Both the position numbers and the translations under genes were made by a program. A stretch of 63,819 bases of DNA, counting the filler, from Octopus bimaculoides (Eukaryota), in the NCBI RefSeq assembly GCF_001194135.2. It is 8 parts of 8 records of this genome, joined end to end, with 100 filler letters (N's around TTAATTAATTAA, not from the genome) between each part and the next. Parts side by side here need not be neighbours in the genome. Positions count along the whole stretch, not along the records: positions 1 to 11,877 come from NC_068995.1; positions 11,978 to 21,775 come from NC_068984.1; 6 more parts are not named here. The stretch is one strand, 5' to 3'. Of the stretch, positions 1-12,630 are shown piece after piece. Each line of letters begins with the position of its first letter. Positions within the stretch are counted from its first letter, which is position 1. The notes beneath the pieces are model-generated. The model ran no database searches. It saw only the letters and a list, made by a program, of their open reading frames with translations, and had not been told where the DNA came from.

Positions 1-34
<34 letters not shown>

Positions 35-523
35 TCGATTAGAGGTTATGTTAGCCTCATGAAGAGATGGTGTCATCCAAGGAAATACTGGTTCAATACC
101 TAATATTTTGTGGGGAAATTGATTTTCCTTAAAATGATAGGTTTGTATATAAACTATAGTTTATATTCATATAAAGTAAGAAGACAAAAATGAAGATTTT
201 GAAGTTAATAAGAGTTTATTATCAACAACAAGTCAAACATTATCCTTTACAGCTGTTTCAATTATACACAGTGAATTAATGAAATACTAAGTTCATATTT
301 CTGAACATAATACCTTCAGAGGGAAAAAAATATATCCTTAGATGTTTTATTTTTTGGTTAATGGATTCATTATAGCAGATTGAATGACAGTATTTTATGA
401 TTTGTGTCTAGAAACGCTATAGTGTAAACATAATAATTCAAAATTCTATTAATCAACCCGAATCAACTAAGCACCATTGATTTATATCATCTTCTTCCTG
501 GGGGGTGATGAGTTAAAAAGTGA

Positions 524-667
524 CCGTCTACTAAATCTACTCATAAGGTTTGGGTCGGCCTGAGGCTATAGTAGAAGACACTTGCCTAAGGTGCCATGCT
601 GTGGGACTGAAGCCGGAATCATATGGTTGGAAAGCAAGCTTCTTACCACACAACCACTCCTGCGCCT
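524..667 (-). mobile_element. tRNA-derived SINE, family A, head region
   Basis: Reverse complement reads AGGCGCAGGAGTGGTTGTGTGGTAAG...GGCTTCAGTCCCACAGC...GGCAAGTGTCTTCTACTATAGCC, with A-box/B-box-like motifs. The same sequence recurs near 53.9 kb and 63.7 kb. Confidence 0.85.
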
Positions 668-1149
668 ATATATAAATGGACGTACATGTACATAAATATA
701 TATATATAAATGAATGTATACGTGTTGATAGGTGTGTGTGTACTTGTATATATACAAATGTTCTCAGCTTTATTTACAACTAATAACTGTACCCTACGCC
801 CTTACCTTATTTATATTGAAATTTCCATTAGCATCTCTGTTTAATTTATTCGTTTACCACTATAATTCTATTTACTTACTCTATCTTACTTCCAACCAAC
901 CAACCAGCCTGCAAACCCCTCGCCAGAACACATAAAAATACAAATCACAAATAGTGTCATTCAACCTGCTATAATGAATCCGTAAACAAACATATAAAAC
1001 ATCGAAGAATATATTTTTTCCCCGCTGGAGATATTATGTTCAGAAATATTAACTTAATATTTAATTCTCTGTGTATTATTGAAACAGCTGTAAGGGATAA
1101 TGTTCGATTTGTTGTTGATAAAAAAAAAACTCTTATTAACTTCACAATT

Positions 1150-1165
1150 TCCATTTTCTCCTTCC

Positions 1166-1235
<70 letters not shown>

Positions 1236-1310
1236 TATACACACATATGTATGCGTATGTGTGTGTGCGTGTGTGTGTGTATCTATATTTATATATATAT
1301 ATATATATAG
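1150..1310. repeat. (TA)n/(TG)n compound microsatellite
   Basis: Directly visible; source of the YIYI/CVCV pseudo-ORFs. Confidence 0.97.
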
Positions 1311-1704
1311 ATCCCTTTCATATCTTTTACTTGTTTCGGTCATTTTCTGCGGCCATGCTGGAACACTGCTTTGAAAATATTTAGTCGGACAGGCAGACAG
1401 ACGGCAGTAATAATCTTCAAGCTCTAGTAATGATTGCATCGGCTCAAGGCTATATATAGTAGAAACGATTGCCAAAGATGCTGCGCAGTGGGAATGAACC
1501 CCAAACCACAAGTCGGCAAAGCGAGCTTCTAAACTACACAGTTGTGCTCAAGGTTGAAAGTAGAGCCCAACATCGACACCAGTGACGTAATCGTACTGAG
1601 GGTTGATAGATGTGTGTCCCAGAGAGGAATAAAAAAAAAGTCTTATATCTAATATGAGTACGAGATAAGATGATTTTTGTTCTGCTTTGTTCTAAAAAAA
1701 TGAT

Positions 1705-1956
1705 AAACGTTTCCTTCTGGAGCCATGCCATGCTCATGAGGGTCGGTTTCCAGGATTCAGTGGCGTACAAATTCCCCGCCTGGACAAGATGCCGGTCTGC
1801 CGCAGGATTACTTATTTTCACCAGCTGAGGGGACTGGAGCAACGTGAGATGAAGTGTCTTGCTCAAGAACACGATGCGTCACCCAGTCCAGAAATCGAAA
1901 TCACAATCTTACGATCAAGAGTCCAACACCCTAACCACTAAGCCACATACCTCCAC
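1705..1956 (-). mobile_element. tRNA-derived SINE, family B-related head with a distinct 3' tail
   Basis: Reverse complement GTGGAGGTATGTGGCTTAGTGGTTAGGGTGTTGGACTC...GATTTCGATTTC...GTTCTTGAGCAAGACACTTCATCTCACGTTGCTCCAG; A-box and B-box-like motifs present. Confidence 0.8.
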
Positions 1957-2404
1957 CTTCTTTGTTTTAGGGGTTTTGATAATGTTTAAAGTAACACGGC
2001 TATATCTCTTCTCCTGATACATGACTCACAAAAGAAAAAGAAAAAAATGGCTGAGGTGAATTATTCAGTCCGCTTCTTTTATTTTCAGAACTGGAATTAA
2101 GATCCCGATTCCGTATTTACTCAGTGAAAAACCCTATATTTGTTCGGACTGAAAATTCAACCGTATCAGTCACCCTGGCTCACCCCTGTTCTATGTCCGA
2201 ATGCCTTATTTGAGCATCAAAATATAAAGGTGCCACCCGTATCGCGAGTGCAAGGTGTCAAACGTCTTCACAAAATCAAATTATAAACCCTTTCTTAACA
2301 TAAGAGAACCTCTACGAGTTCGCTCGACTTGCGAGAAATAACAGCAATATTCCCTGAAGTCACTCTCTAACGTCTCAAAGAAAACAAGGTTTGCACTATA
2401 CTGG

Positions 2405-2655
2405 CCCTCCATCGGTTACGACGATGAGTGTTTTAGTTGGTCCGATTAACAGAACAGCCTGCTCGTGAAATGAACGTGCAAGTGGCTGAGCACTCCACAG
2501 ACATGTGGACCCATAACGTAGTTCTCAGGGAGATTCAGCGTGACACAGAATGTCACATGGCTGGCCCCTTTGAATTACAGGTACAACTCATTTTTGTCAG
2601 GCGAGTGGATGGGAGCAGTGTGAAATACAGCGTCTTGCTCAAAGACTCAACGTGA
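2405..2655 (-). mobile_element. SINE family B, central and 3' modules
   Basis: Reverse complement matches the 3' ~170 bp of the full copy at 42445-42832 (CAGCC..GT.ACATTCTGTGTC...GAGTGCTCAGCCACTTGCACGTT..TTTCACGAGCAG). Confidence 0.85.
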
Positions 2656-3007
2656 CACCGTGAATCCCAATGCTACTCTGAATATACAAAACAAACCGAT
2701 TGGATGGTCATAACTGGAACACTTTTCGATGATGAGTTCATCTCAGAAATGACTGGGCAGGGTCTAAAAGGAAACAACAACATTTACGAATGAAATTCGA
2801 CAATGATATGATGAAGAAAAGGACGCGCCCGTTAAATCGATTCTTTCTAAGTCATGTGTAAGTCTATCGATTTTCTCTTGTGTTGAACGCCGCAATCAGT
2901 GCTTGACGCTGTGCCATTAAACCAGCGACCGAGGATACATAAAAATATACACGGCAGGGTCAGTTGATCTCCCGGCCATCGACAAGACGAAACCTGTCAC
3001 TTGAAAC

Positions 3008-3039
3008 AGAGAGAGAGAGAGAGAGAGAGTTATGAAAGA

Positions 3040-3113
<74 letters not shown>

Positions 3114-3133
3114 GTGAGTGAGTGAGTGAGTGA
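3008..3133. repeat. (GA)n/(GAGT)n microsatellite
   Basis: Directly visible. Confidence 0.97.
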
Positions 3134-3717
3134 GAGGCGGATGGTAGAAGAATGGCAATTATTATGAAGCTTTTCAGGTGAGACAAACCTTTGCAAATAA
3201 AACCAGCACATTCTCACACACTAACACATAACGTATTCAAACATACAGAAACACAGACACATAAACGTCATATACCTACAAGGACACAAAGACACACACA
3301 CACGTACAAGCACATACGCACGCAAGCATATAACTTATACAAACACACACATGACCTATACACACACACACATCCAAACACAAACATAAAACCGCCCCTA
3401 TTTAATTATTCATGTAACTATTGTTCTGCCATTCCTTAGTTTGTATAAACTAACAAGGATACGGCCATGCTACACCGCCACCTTCATTAATGGACATGTA
3501 CCAACCTAAAGTGCTTCGGGTCTTGTCTTTACGTGTATCAACACATCACCAGCTGAGGAGTCATTCCAGGTATGAAACCAGTCCAATCTCTGTTTTTTTT
3601 TCTCTTTGTCTTTTTTGTTTTGTTTTGTTTTTCATGCAGGAAACAGTTCCTACAAAACGGCAAGGGGTGGGGAAGAACCCCTCATTCTGGAACACGATAT
3701 ATTAATCCTTTATTTGT

Positions 3718-3790
3718 TCTTTTCTTTTATTCTTTCATTTGTTTCAGTCATCTGACTGCGGCCATGCTGGAGCACCGCCTTCAGTCGAGC
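3718..3790 (-). mobile_element. SINE family A, 3' tail fragment
   Basis: TTGTTTCAGTCATCTGACTGCGGCCATGCTGGAGCACCGCCTTCAGTCGA matches the tail of the copies at 53.6 kb and 56.7 kb; another such fragment lies at ~1325-1375. Confidence 0.85.
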
Positions 3791-3816
3791 ATGAAAAGAT
3801 GAGTGTATATGAGTAA

Positions 3817-3980
3817 CTAAAATATATAAACGTTCATTCTAACCGCCATAGATCGGTACTGAATAGTATTTCCATTAGAATATGCGATTCTTCAGCCAAT
3901 ACAAATATCATAACCACACCACCTATTATAATCAAATTCTGTTTGCTAGCGGATTGTCTGACAAAATGAATTTCTATTAG
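3817..3980 (+). pseudogene. Decayed PLE RT-thumb fragment (same type as the 48.4-49.4 kb copy)
   Basis: Manual translation across one frameshift: LKYINVHSNRHRSVLNSISIRICDSSANTNI / HTTYYNQILFASGLSDKMNFY, which aligns by eye to LSYINIASCHPPMVLK..ISNQISILSSNKDIF...YNEALAASGFKDHIIY at 48.55-48.72 kb. Confidence 0.55.
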
Positions 3981-5940
3981 ACCTGAGCTTAAGAATTACT
4001 TAGCACAGCCAGATCCTAAATCTAGGATTCCCAAGCAGCACACAATGCTTTCGAATCTACCATGGAAACCCATCTCACTTGAGATAGCAACACCCAACCA
4101 AATACCCTAATAAACATTAAGTCCTTATTCTTAAAATAAATACATTCACTGTTGAGAGTTACCATAGTAACTCTCAACAAACTCATTCGTCTAAAGTGCA
4201 CTCACCATCCTCATTATACATCTTATAGTCTATAAGCAGTATTTCCTTTCAACTTCACAAATACCATTTATTCCCCGCCCTGTCTTGCAATTATTTCTTC
4301 TTTCTATTTCCCTCTTTCCTCCTCTCCTTAGTTTAACCCTTTTCTTCTCACATATATTACACTGACCAACCTCTAATACAGCCAATAATTCTTAAGTATA
4401 TCTTAGTAACTTATACCCCACAGTGAAACTTAGACCTCCCCACCACAACACACTACCCCTCCTTTGGGTGGTCAACTGATAATTCCAGTTATTCCCCCCA
4501 TCCACCCCTGCAAACCCACACATTTCCCCCTCCATACCATCCTTTTAGTATCCCCCTTCCCCACCTTCACTGACACTAACCATTTCCTTCTACCTATCTT
4601 CCTCTAACTCTAGACATTCACTACTTCTCTTCTTTTAGACTCATTTTTGTGCTTCTTCCACGACTAACACATCTTTATTTCCGACCAAAGTCCGAACTCA
4701 CTTCTCCGAAGATGGAACAAATTGCCACAAACTGGAAGAGGGTGCGTGGCGTGAAAATCAGGAGATAATGTTACGAAATAGGGAAAGCTATGGAGTGTGT
4801 TAAGTGTAGTATAAATTTCCGTGTGCGTATGAGTGTGTATCTGTGTACGTGTGTGCGTGTGTGTGTCTGAGTGTATACGTACATATCTGCACATGTGCAG
4901 ACCTGACAGTTTTCCGGTTGATCTATTTCCTCATCTTCTCTTATTCGTCCCCCTCNNNNNNNNNNTCCTAAGCACTTTCCTGATATCTTGGTTGCCAAGA
5001 CAAACGTTGCTAATAGGGATCTAATAGGGATCTAATGTCCGTGTAGAAGCACACGGCCCCCATGAATATCTAAGTACATTCACACATAACTTATACAACG
5101 TGTACGCGCTCACACACATATTTACATACACACATACATACACACATACACACACATATATATATACATGCATACATATACAAATGTGTGTCTTCATGGT
5201 GATACATACATAAATAAAAAGTCATGTATACACAAGTATGTATATATACAAAATAAATACAAACATAGTCATATAAATACAGATAAACAATATATTGCAA
5301 CAAAATGTATCCTTCGTCACTTTCGACGGTGACTGCTTCAGTTGTTCGGTTTATGGAACCGTGAACGATTGAGTATTCTGGACACATTTGTCCACCAAAG
5401 ATAATCTGCAAAGAGAATGAACTTGATATGTTTGGGCTCTTGTTTCTAGGTTCGAAACTAGTTCTTTCGGCATTGGTGAGAAATAAATAAGCACAGGAAA
5501 GCATACGTAAAAAGACAGAAGGCATTGACAGAAAAGCAAATGTCGGCTGCTTAAAACTAAGACCCAAAACATCAACCCCCAGATCTCTCCACAGGAAACT
5601 TGAGACGGCGGCCCGAACAATCTGAAACAGAATAAGAAAAGAAAATTGCTAAAAGATAAAGTTGATTGGTGGGTCAAAAGATTATTGGACGAACTTAAAA
5701 ATGAAAATAGACATCAAATGAGAACACATTGGGCGAGGTATTGTTGTATAGGGAAAAGTATGCTCCCACATAGAGATCAGCGGCTCTCTCTACACAAATA
5801 TCACTAGAAAACACAGGAGAAAGAGGACGTCTGTGTACCGTTGATAAATGGTTAACAAAACCAGATAACCAAAATATATATTCAGTTTCACACGGCAATT
5901 ACTACAACATGTAGGCTTCCCTTTTTTGGACTTTTCCTAT

Positions 5941-5975
5941 ATTTCTGACGAAGATCTCCGATCGAAACGTTAAAT
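5941..5975 (+). ncRNA. Minimal type-I hammerhead ribozyme motif (PLE pLTR type)
   Basis: ATTT-CTGACGA-A-GATC(TCC)GATC-GAAAC-GT-T-AAAT: CUGANGA and GAAA cores, 4-bp stem II, palindromic ACGT stem III, 4-bp stem I (ATTT/AAAT). Lies in a short repeat that ends at a (TA)n tract. Confidence 0.75.
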
Positions 5976-6965
5976 CCTCTTTCTTTTCTTTCCTTTCCTG
6001 AGCGTCCAATAACACTGTACTTTTTCCACGTCCTCGCGTTGTTTTTTCGAGTTGTTTTTCATGTTTTTTCGCGTTTGTTCTTGTTTAAATTGACTATATA
6101 TATATATATATATANNNNNNNNNNNNNNNNNNNNNNNNNNNNNNNNNNNNNNNNNNNNNNNNNNNNNNNNNNNNNNNNNNNNNNNNNNNNNNNNNNNNNN
6201 NNNNNNNNNNNNNNNNNNNNNNNNNNNNNNNNNNNNNNNNNNNNNNNNNNNNNNNNNNNNNNNNNNNNNNNNNNNNNNNNNNNNNNNNNNNNNNNNNNNN
6301 NNNNNNNNNNNNNNNNNNNNNNNNNNNNNNNNNNNNNNNNNNNNNNNNNNNNNNNNNNNNNNNNNNNNNNNNNNNNNNNNNNNNNNNNNNNNNNNNNNNN
6401 NNNNNNNNNNNNNNNNNNNNNNNNNNNNNNNNNNNNNNNNNNNNNNNNNNNNNNNNNNNNNNNNNNNNNNNNNNNNNNNNNNNNNNNNNNNNNNNNNNNN
6501 NNNNNNNNNNNNNNNNNNNNNNNNNNNNNNNNNNNNNNNNNNNNNNNNNNNNNNNNNNNNNNNNNNNNNNNNNNNNNNNNNNNNNNNNNNNNNNNNNNNN
6601 NNNNNNNNNNNNNNNNNNNNNNNNNNNNNNNNNNNNNNNNNNNNNNNNNNNNNNNNNNNNNNNNNNNNNNNNNNNNNNNNNNNNNNNNNNNNNNNNNNNN
6701 NNNNNNNNNNNNNNNNNNNNNNNNNNNNNNNNNNNNNNNNNNNNNNNNNNNNNNNNNNNNNNNNNNNNNNNNNNNNNNNNNNNNNNNNNNNNNNNNNNNN
6801 NNNNNNNNNNNNNNNNNNNNNNNNNNNNNNNNNNNNNNNNNNNNNNNNNNNNNNNNNNNNNNNNNNNNNNNNNNNNNNNNNNNNNNNNNNNNNNNNNNNN
6901 NNNNNNNNNNNNNNNNNNNNNNNNNNNNNNNNNNNNNNNNNNNNNNNNNNNNNCATTTACTATTT

Positions 6966-7003
<38 letters not shown>

Positions 7004-7919
7004 GTGACGCCCAGTTGCTAATGTCGACCTGACGAGCTTATGTCTACACAAACATTTGATCGCTATAAACAAATCATCTGTGTGGTTGTTCGGCAATAAA
7101 TTGTCGAACGCTTCCTACATAATCTAACGACAGGAGAGTCCATAATATATATATATATATATATATATATACTCATGTATGCGTGTGTGTTGAGAGAGAG
7201 AGAAAGAAATATAGTGTGTGTGTGTGTGTGTGTGTGTGTGATGGGTTTCTGCATACACCAAATTTCACTCAGAAACTACTGGTCACTCCAAAGCACGAGT
7301 AAAAGGAAAGAAAAAGCTTGCTGCAAGGGCTTCGTTGCTGTGGGATCGAACCGGAAACGAGGCGGTTGCGAAGGTTGCTTCTTAGTTACACAGGCAAAAA
7401 TTCCAGTCTCTATGAACGTATAGCAACGTTATGTTTAGATTTCGCAAATGTCTAAGATAAAGGTTGTCACAGATTTTAGTGACCGGTTTTCATAGAAAGG
7501 AAAGAGCGACATCAGTATTGGGGAGCGAAAAGGAGAAACGGTGACGTCAGATGTGAAAGGAAATACTTAGAATCTCAAGTGGTTTTTAGAGAAGAGAGAA
7601 AACGGGAGCAAGTTTAGTGAGGGGGGCGGAGAAGAGAGAGAGACAGACAGACACACACAGGGATAGTATTTGGGGAGTGAGGGAGAGAGATTGAGAGAGA
7701 AGGAAGAGGGAGAGAGGCGAGAGAGAGGGGGTGTTGGTGTGTATGCTTGTTCTATTTATTTATTTATTCATTTATTTATTTCTAATCGATTTAGAAGATG
7801 TGAAGGCATTTTATTTATAAGGAGACAGGACTGAAACATGTGGTAAGCGTTGGCGGAGTGAGGGGGTGGGGGCAGAGAAATAAAGACAATTTTCAGGTCT
7901 TGTGGCTATAGAAGAGAGG

Positions 7920-7967
<48 letters not shown>
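7920..7967. repeat. (ATT)n microsatellite
   Basis: Directly visible. Confidence 0.97.
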
Positions 7968-8613
7968 GCAAACTCATGTTTGAGTATTGCCATTGCCAGA
8001 TCGAAAGTGCCACACATGCGAAAGAGGCTAAGACCAGCCATTCTTGTGATAGGTCTTACTTTTTTTTTTCCAAGCGATGCCTGTGTGTGATGAATTTTTT
8101 TATAGTGGGGGGAAAGGATTTGCACAACTCCAATCCCACTCTCAGAACATGGACACAGCATAAACTCGAAAAGAAGAACTAATCTACATTATCGAATATT
8201 CTCCAGTGTCACAAGTTTTCTCTCAGAGTTTGCCTCTCCTAGAAAGATGTTGTGACAACAGAGGGGCCTCCCACTCTCAGCGGGCCGACCGCACGCCTGG
8301 ACACCAATCCGGGTATTTCCACGTCCCCCACACATACATACATGCATACATACATACATACATACATACATACATGCATACATAACTACGCGCGCACGAT
8401 CCATGTGTTCCAAATACAAATTACGCATATAATATTCAATCCTCTTCGTCTAGATTTTCTTCGCTTTTGTGATCCTCTTCTCCTGGGGTATTTGGTTACC
8501 ACGCGACATGCAAGTATCAGACAGGTGTCGTTTTAGACCGACAGCTGCTGTAGACAGAGTGTGTAGTTGAGAGAGGGAGAGAGAGAGGGAGAGACAGAGA
8601 CAGAGAAAGAGAG

Positions 8614-8702
<89 letters not shown>

Positions 8703-9251
8703 GACAGAGTGCAAGAAGGGAGAGAGAAAACGAAAAGACAGAACGGCAGAGAAAGGGGAAAGCGAGAAAGAGAGAGATGGAGAGAAAGACAGAGCGAGAG
8801 AGAGAGATAGAAACAGAGAACGAGAAGGGCAGAGAGAAAGACCTATTGATTCCTAATACATTGGTATGGCTTTTTTTCCCTCTCGCCCTTTGATATCAAT
8901 GACTAGGAACATGAAAGTAGCTGCTGTGCGTTTCTATATTTATCGATTGACTGATTTAGACAGACATATATTTATTCATTTATTTAGAACTCTCACAATT
9001 GCCCTGCTGCCCTTTTCCCCGTTTGTTTTGCGAGTGTCCCCTGCTGTGAGGTTGCTCACCTAAACCGCAAAAATTGTTAAATGTATACAAAACAGGAGCA
9101 GACATGGTTGAATGAAGNNNNNNNNNNNNNNNNNNNNNNNNNNNNNNNNNNNNNNNNNNNNNNNNNNNNNNNNNNNNNNNNNNNNNNNNNNNNNNNNNNN
9201 NNNNNNNNNNNNNNNNNNNNNNNNNNNNNNNNNNNNNNNNNNNNNNNNNNN

Positions 9252-9337
<86 letters not shown>

Positions 9338-9654
9338 ACTTACTGTGGTCAAGGCAGCGTAGCATTCGATTATAAATAAATAAAATAATTAAAAATACAC
9401 ATTGTGTACAGGACATCACCGACGAGTGAAAAATACGAAAGCACACGAGAGAATAGTACAAGACAAAACGGCAAAAGAAGATAACTTCTCATTAGCTGTC
9501 GTTAAAAGCACGAAATAGGGAGTAATAATAAACAGGCTGACAACTGATGAGGAGTCATCTTATTTTCGTATTTTGTCTTGATATATATGTATATATATGT
9601 GTGTGTGTGTCTGTGTGTATGTGCGATGTGTATGTGCGTGTGTGTGTGCGTGTG

Positions 9655-9870
9655 TGTGTGTCTGTGTTTGTCCCCCACCGCTTGACAGCCGGTGTTAGCA
9701 TGTTTACGTTCCCGTAAATTAGCGGTTCGGCAAAATTCACCGATAGAATAAGCCCAGGGCTTAAAACACGAGAAGTACTCGAGTCGGTTCATTCGACTAA
9801 AAAAAATCCTTTAAGGTGATGCCCCAGCATGGCCTCAGTCTAATGAGTGAAACAAATAAAAGACAGATGT
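9655..9870 (+). mobile_element. SINE family A-related 3' half
   Basis: GTGTTTGTCCCCCACCGCTTGACAGCCGGTGTT...TAGCGGTTCGGCAAAA..ACCGATAGAATAAG...CCAGCATGGCC.CAGTC.AATGA.TGAAACAA matches 56590-56810. Confidence 0.85.
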
Positions 9871-10489
9871 TGAACAACCGTCTGTCAAATTAGGCCTCGA
9901 ACTACTGATTGACTGATTGACGAAGTCACAATCACTTTGTCAGTCATAGTAACTGATTAGTTGTCTCACTAGCTGGCTAAGTAATTGATTAATTAATTTA
10001 TAGACGAAGTGACTTACTGACAAACCAACTTGCTGACTAACAGTCGAAGTTTTCGATGAAGTGACTAACTGGTTAACTAACGAACCAACTAACAATGACC
10101 TCTACCCGTCAAAGCTGTCGTATTTGTAGGTAAGACAGCCATTCGACGAGAAAATCGAGTTAAGCGTCAACAGAATTGTGACAAAACGTGTCAGTAATAA
10201 AAGATCAGCCAACTTGACTAAGATCGAAGCTTTTACAATATAGATAAGTGGGACAGAAAATAGAAACGGGTGGTTTTACTGTGTGAGAATGGGATAGAAG
10301 GGAAAATGGGAGGTAGTGAGATGGTGTATGGGTAGTTTGACGACGACGACGACGACGACGACGAAGAAGGAGAACAGAAACATTGCAGAGAAACGTCGAA
10401 GGAGGAGGAGGAGGGAGAAGACAAAAGAGAAGCCAAATGTGAACTAACCAATCGGTCGCCGCCAACCAGTTGGTTCTCACGTACGCACG

Positions 10490-10517
10490 CACGCATGCAC
10501 GCAGGCAGACACGCGCG

Positions 10518-10605
<88 letters not shown>

Positions 10606-10860
10606 CACTTACAACAGGATTGACTGGTTTCGTGTGGTCGTTCTCAACCTAACTCACAATACAAACCTTCGTTATTTTAGAGACTGGCACTGGATCGTCT
10701 TGCGTTAGACGTGGCTGATCATTATTAGTATTATTATTATTATTATGATTATTATTATTATTATTATTATTATTGTCGTCGTCGTCGTCGTCGTCGTTGT
10801 TGTTGTTGTTGTTGTTGTTGTGAAGACGATGATAACGATGACGACGACGGCGAAGACGTA
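10490..10860. repeat. (CG)n-(CA)n tract and compound (ATT)/(GTC)/(GTT)/(GAC) trinucleotide block
   Basis: Directly visible; produces the poly-N/D/T/I pseudo-ORFs. Confidence 0.95.
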
Positions 10861-11137
10861 GGGTCGTAGGGGGTGGAGATGTGTTGGCAATTTTGGGCGT
10901 AGGTGTAACGCGAACAATTAACGACCACAGTTTAAAGACACGCAAGTAAAATACATACACCCAAATCACACACAGACACACACACTCGCACCTGTGTATA
11001 TATATATGCATATATGCGTGTGTGCGTATATGCATATACATACATGCATATAAACCGTACATTGACATATTTACATATCTCTACACAGACATAAACGTAT
11101 ATAAATATATATGTAAAGACATACATACGTACATACA

Positions 11138-11190
<53 letters not shown>

Positions 11191-11839
11191 AAAGAGAGAG
11201 AGAAAGAGAGAGAGAGGGTGTGTGTGTGATCGTTTGTAGAAAACATGAATCCGAAAGAAGAAGCTCACTCTAAGATGTAGAGTAGAATAGATTAAAAATG
11301 GGGAAGGGGCCGGTTTATGGGATTACCTTAGGTTTCCTGTCCATAAAGGGTTTAGTTTTATGACGTATCGACAGATCCCGAAAAGCTGTTCGCCCATGAC
11401 CTCTTAAAAATGTCTATTTTTAAATGGTCATCATATATACATACATGTATGTGTTTGTGTGTGTGTGCGTATGTATGTATATATGTGTATAAGGAAAGCA
11501 GAAAATGGAGATAAAATTGATGAATAACAATTAATTTACATCACTTATCATTTATTAATTAATTACAGAGACAGACTCTCAACTTACAGCTGTTTCCGTT
11601 AGCACGATTCGCGGGCTTCACCACCACAATAATAATAATAATGATGGTCATCATTGTAAGTAATTAATTATACCAATATGAATCACGGAACTTCATCGGA
11701 GCGGAAAAGTAAATAAAATAAAAGTAAAAAGAAAAAGAAGAAAGTGAGAACGGATCAACACGAAGTGGTCATCACCGCTCTCACTTTCTCTTTTCCTACA
11801 CATATACACACACACACACATATATATGCATGTATATAT

Positions 11840-11877
<38 letters not shown>

Positions 11878-11921
11878 NNNNNNNNNNNNNNNNNNNNNNN
11901 NNNNNNNNNNNNNNNNNNNNN

Positions 11922-11933
11922 TTAATTAATTAA
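11922..11933. other. Assembly gap spacer TTAATTAATTAA (artefact)
   Basis: The same 12-mer sits between two short N-runs at ~11922, 21820, 46650, 50283, 53470, 57728 and 62665. Confidence 0.95.
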
Positions 11934-11977
11934 NNNNNNNNNNNNNNNNNNNNNNNNNNNNNNNNNNNNNNNNNNNN

Positions 11978-12302
11978 TGGCTTGCCGGGTCTTCTCACGC
12001 ACAGCACATTTCCAAAGGTCTCGGTCAGTAGTCATCGCCTCGGTGAGGCCCAATGTACGAAGGTCTTGCCTCACCACCTCAGCCCAGGTCTTCCTGGGCC
12101 TACCTCTTCCACGGGTTCCCTCAACTGTTAGGGTGTGGCACTTTTTCACGCAGCTATCCTCCTCCATTCTCACCACATGTCCATACCAGCGCAATCGTCT
12201 GTCTTGCACACCACAACTGATGCTTCTAATGTTCAGCTTTTCTCTCAAGATACTTACACTCTGACGGGTATTCACATTGACATTACACATCCAACGGAGC
12301 AT
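11978..12302 (-). mobile_element. RTE-clade LINE, 3' end of ORF2 (5'-truncated)
   Basis: ORF 11922-12302: MLRWMC...RRLRWYGHVVRMEEDSCVKKC...GTRGRGRPRKTW...DRDLWK, the typical RTE C-terminal RWxGHVxR and RGRP signature. Runs into an assembly gap. Confidence 0.85.
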
Positions 12303-12429
12303 ACTGGCTTCATTCCTTGCGAGCTTACGTATGTCCTCAGCGTGTGTGTGAATATGATTATGTGTTTGGGGTTATATATATATACACCCACACACATATA
12401 TATGTATGTGTGCTTGTGTTTGTGTGTGT

Positions 12430-12630
12430 GATAATCGTCATCATCGTTTAATGTTTGTTTACCATGCTGGCATGTGTTGAATAGTTTGACAGGAGCTGGT
12501 AAGTCGGAGAGTCACATCAGGCTTCCTTTGTCTGTTTTAGCATGGTTTCTGTGATTGGATGCTCTCCTTAATATCAAACACTTTACAGTGTGTACTGATG
12601 TTTTTTACATGGTACCATCATTTTCATTAA
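12430..12630 (-). mobile_element. Decayed copy of the repeat ending ...CCATGCTAGCATGGAAAGCGGAC.TTAAACGATGATG
   Basis: CATCATCGTTTAATGTTTGTTTACCATGCTGGCATG is the reverse complement of the tail at ~51985-52025 with CpG-to-TpG changes; a further tail copy lies at ~13050-13093 (+). Confidence 0.7.

Noticed and set aside
11922-11933. Recurring TTAATTAATTAA as a biological motif
   Set aside because: Always sandwiched between short N-runs at seven places; a scaffolding spacer.
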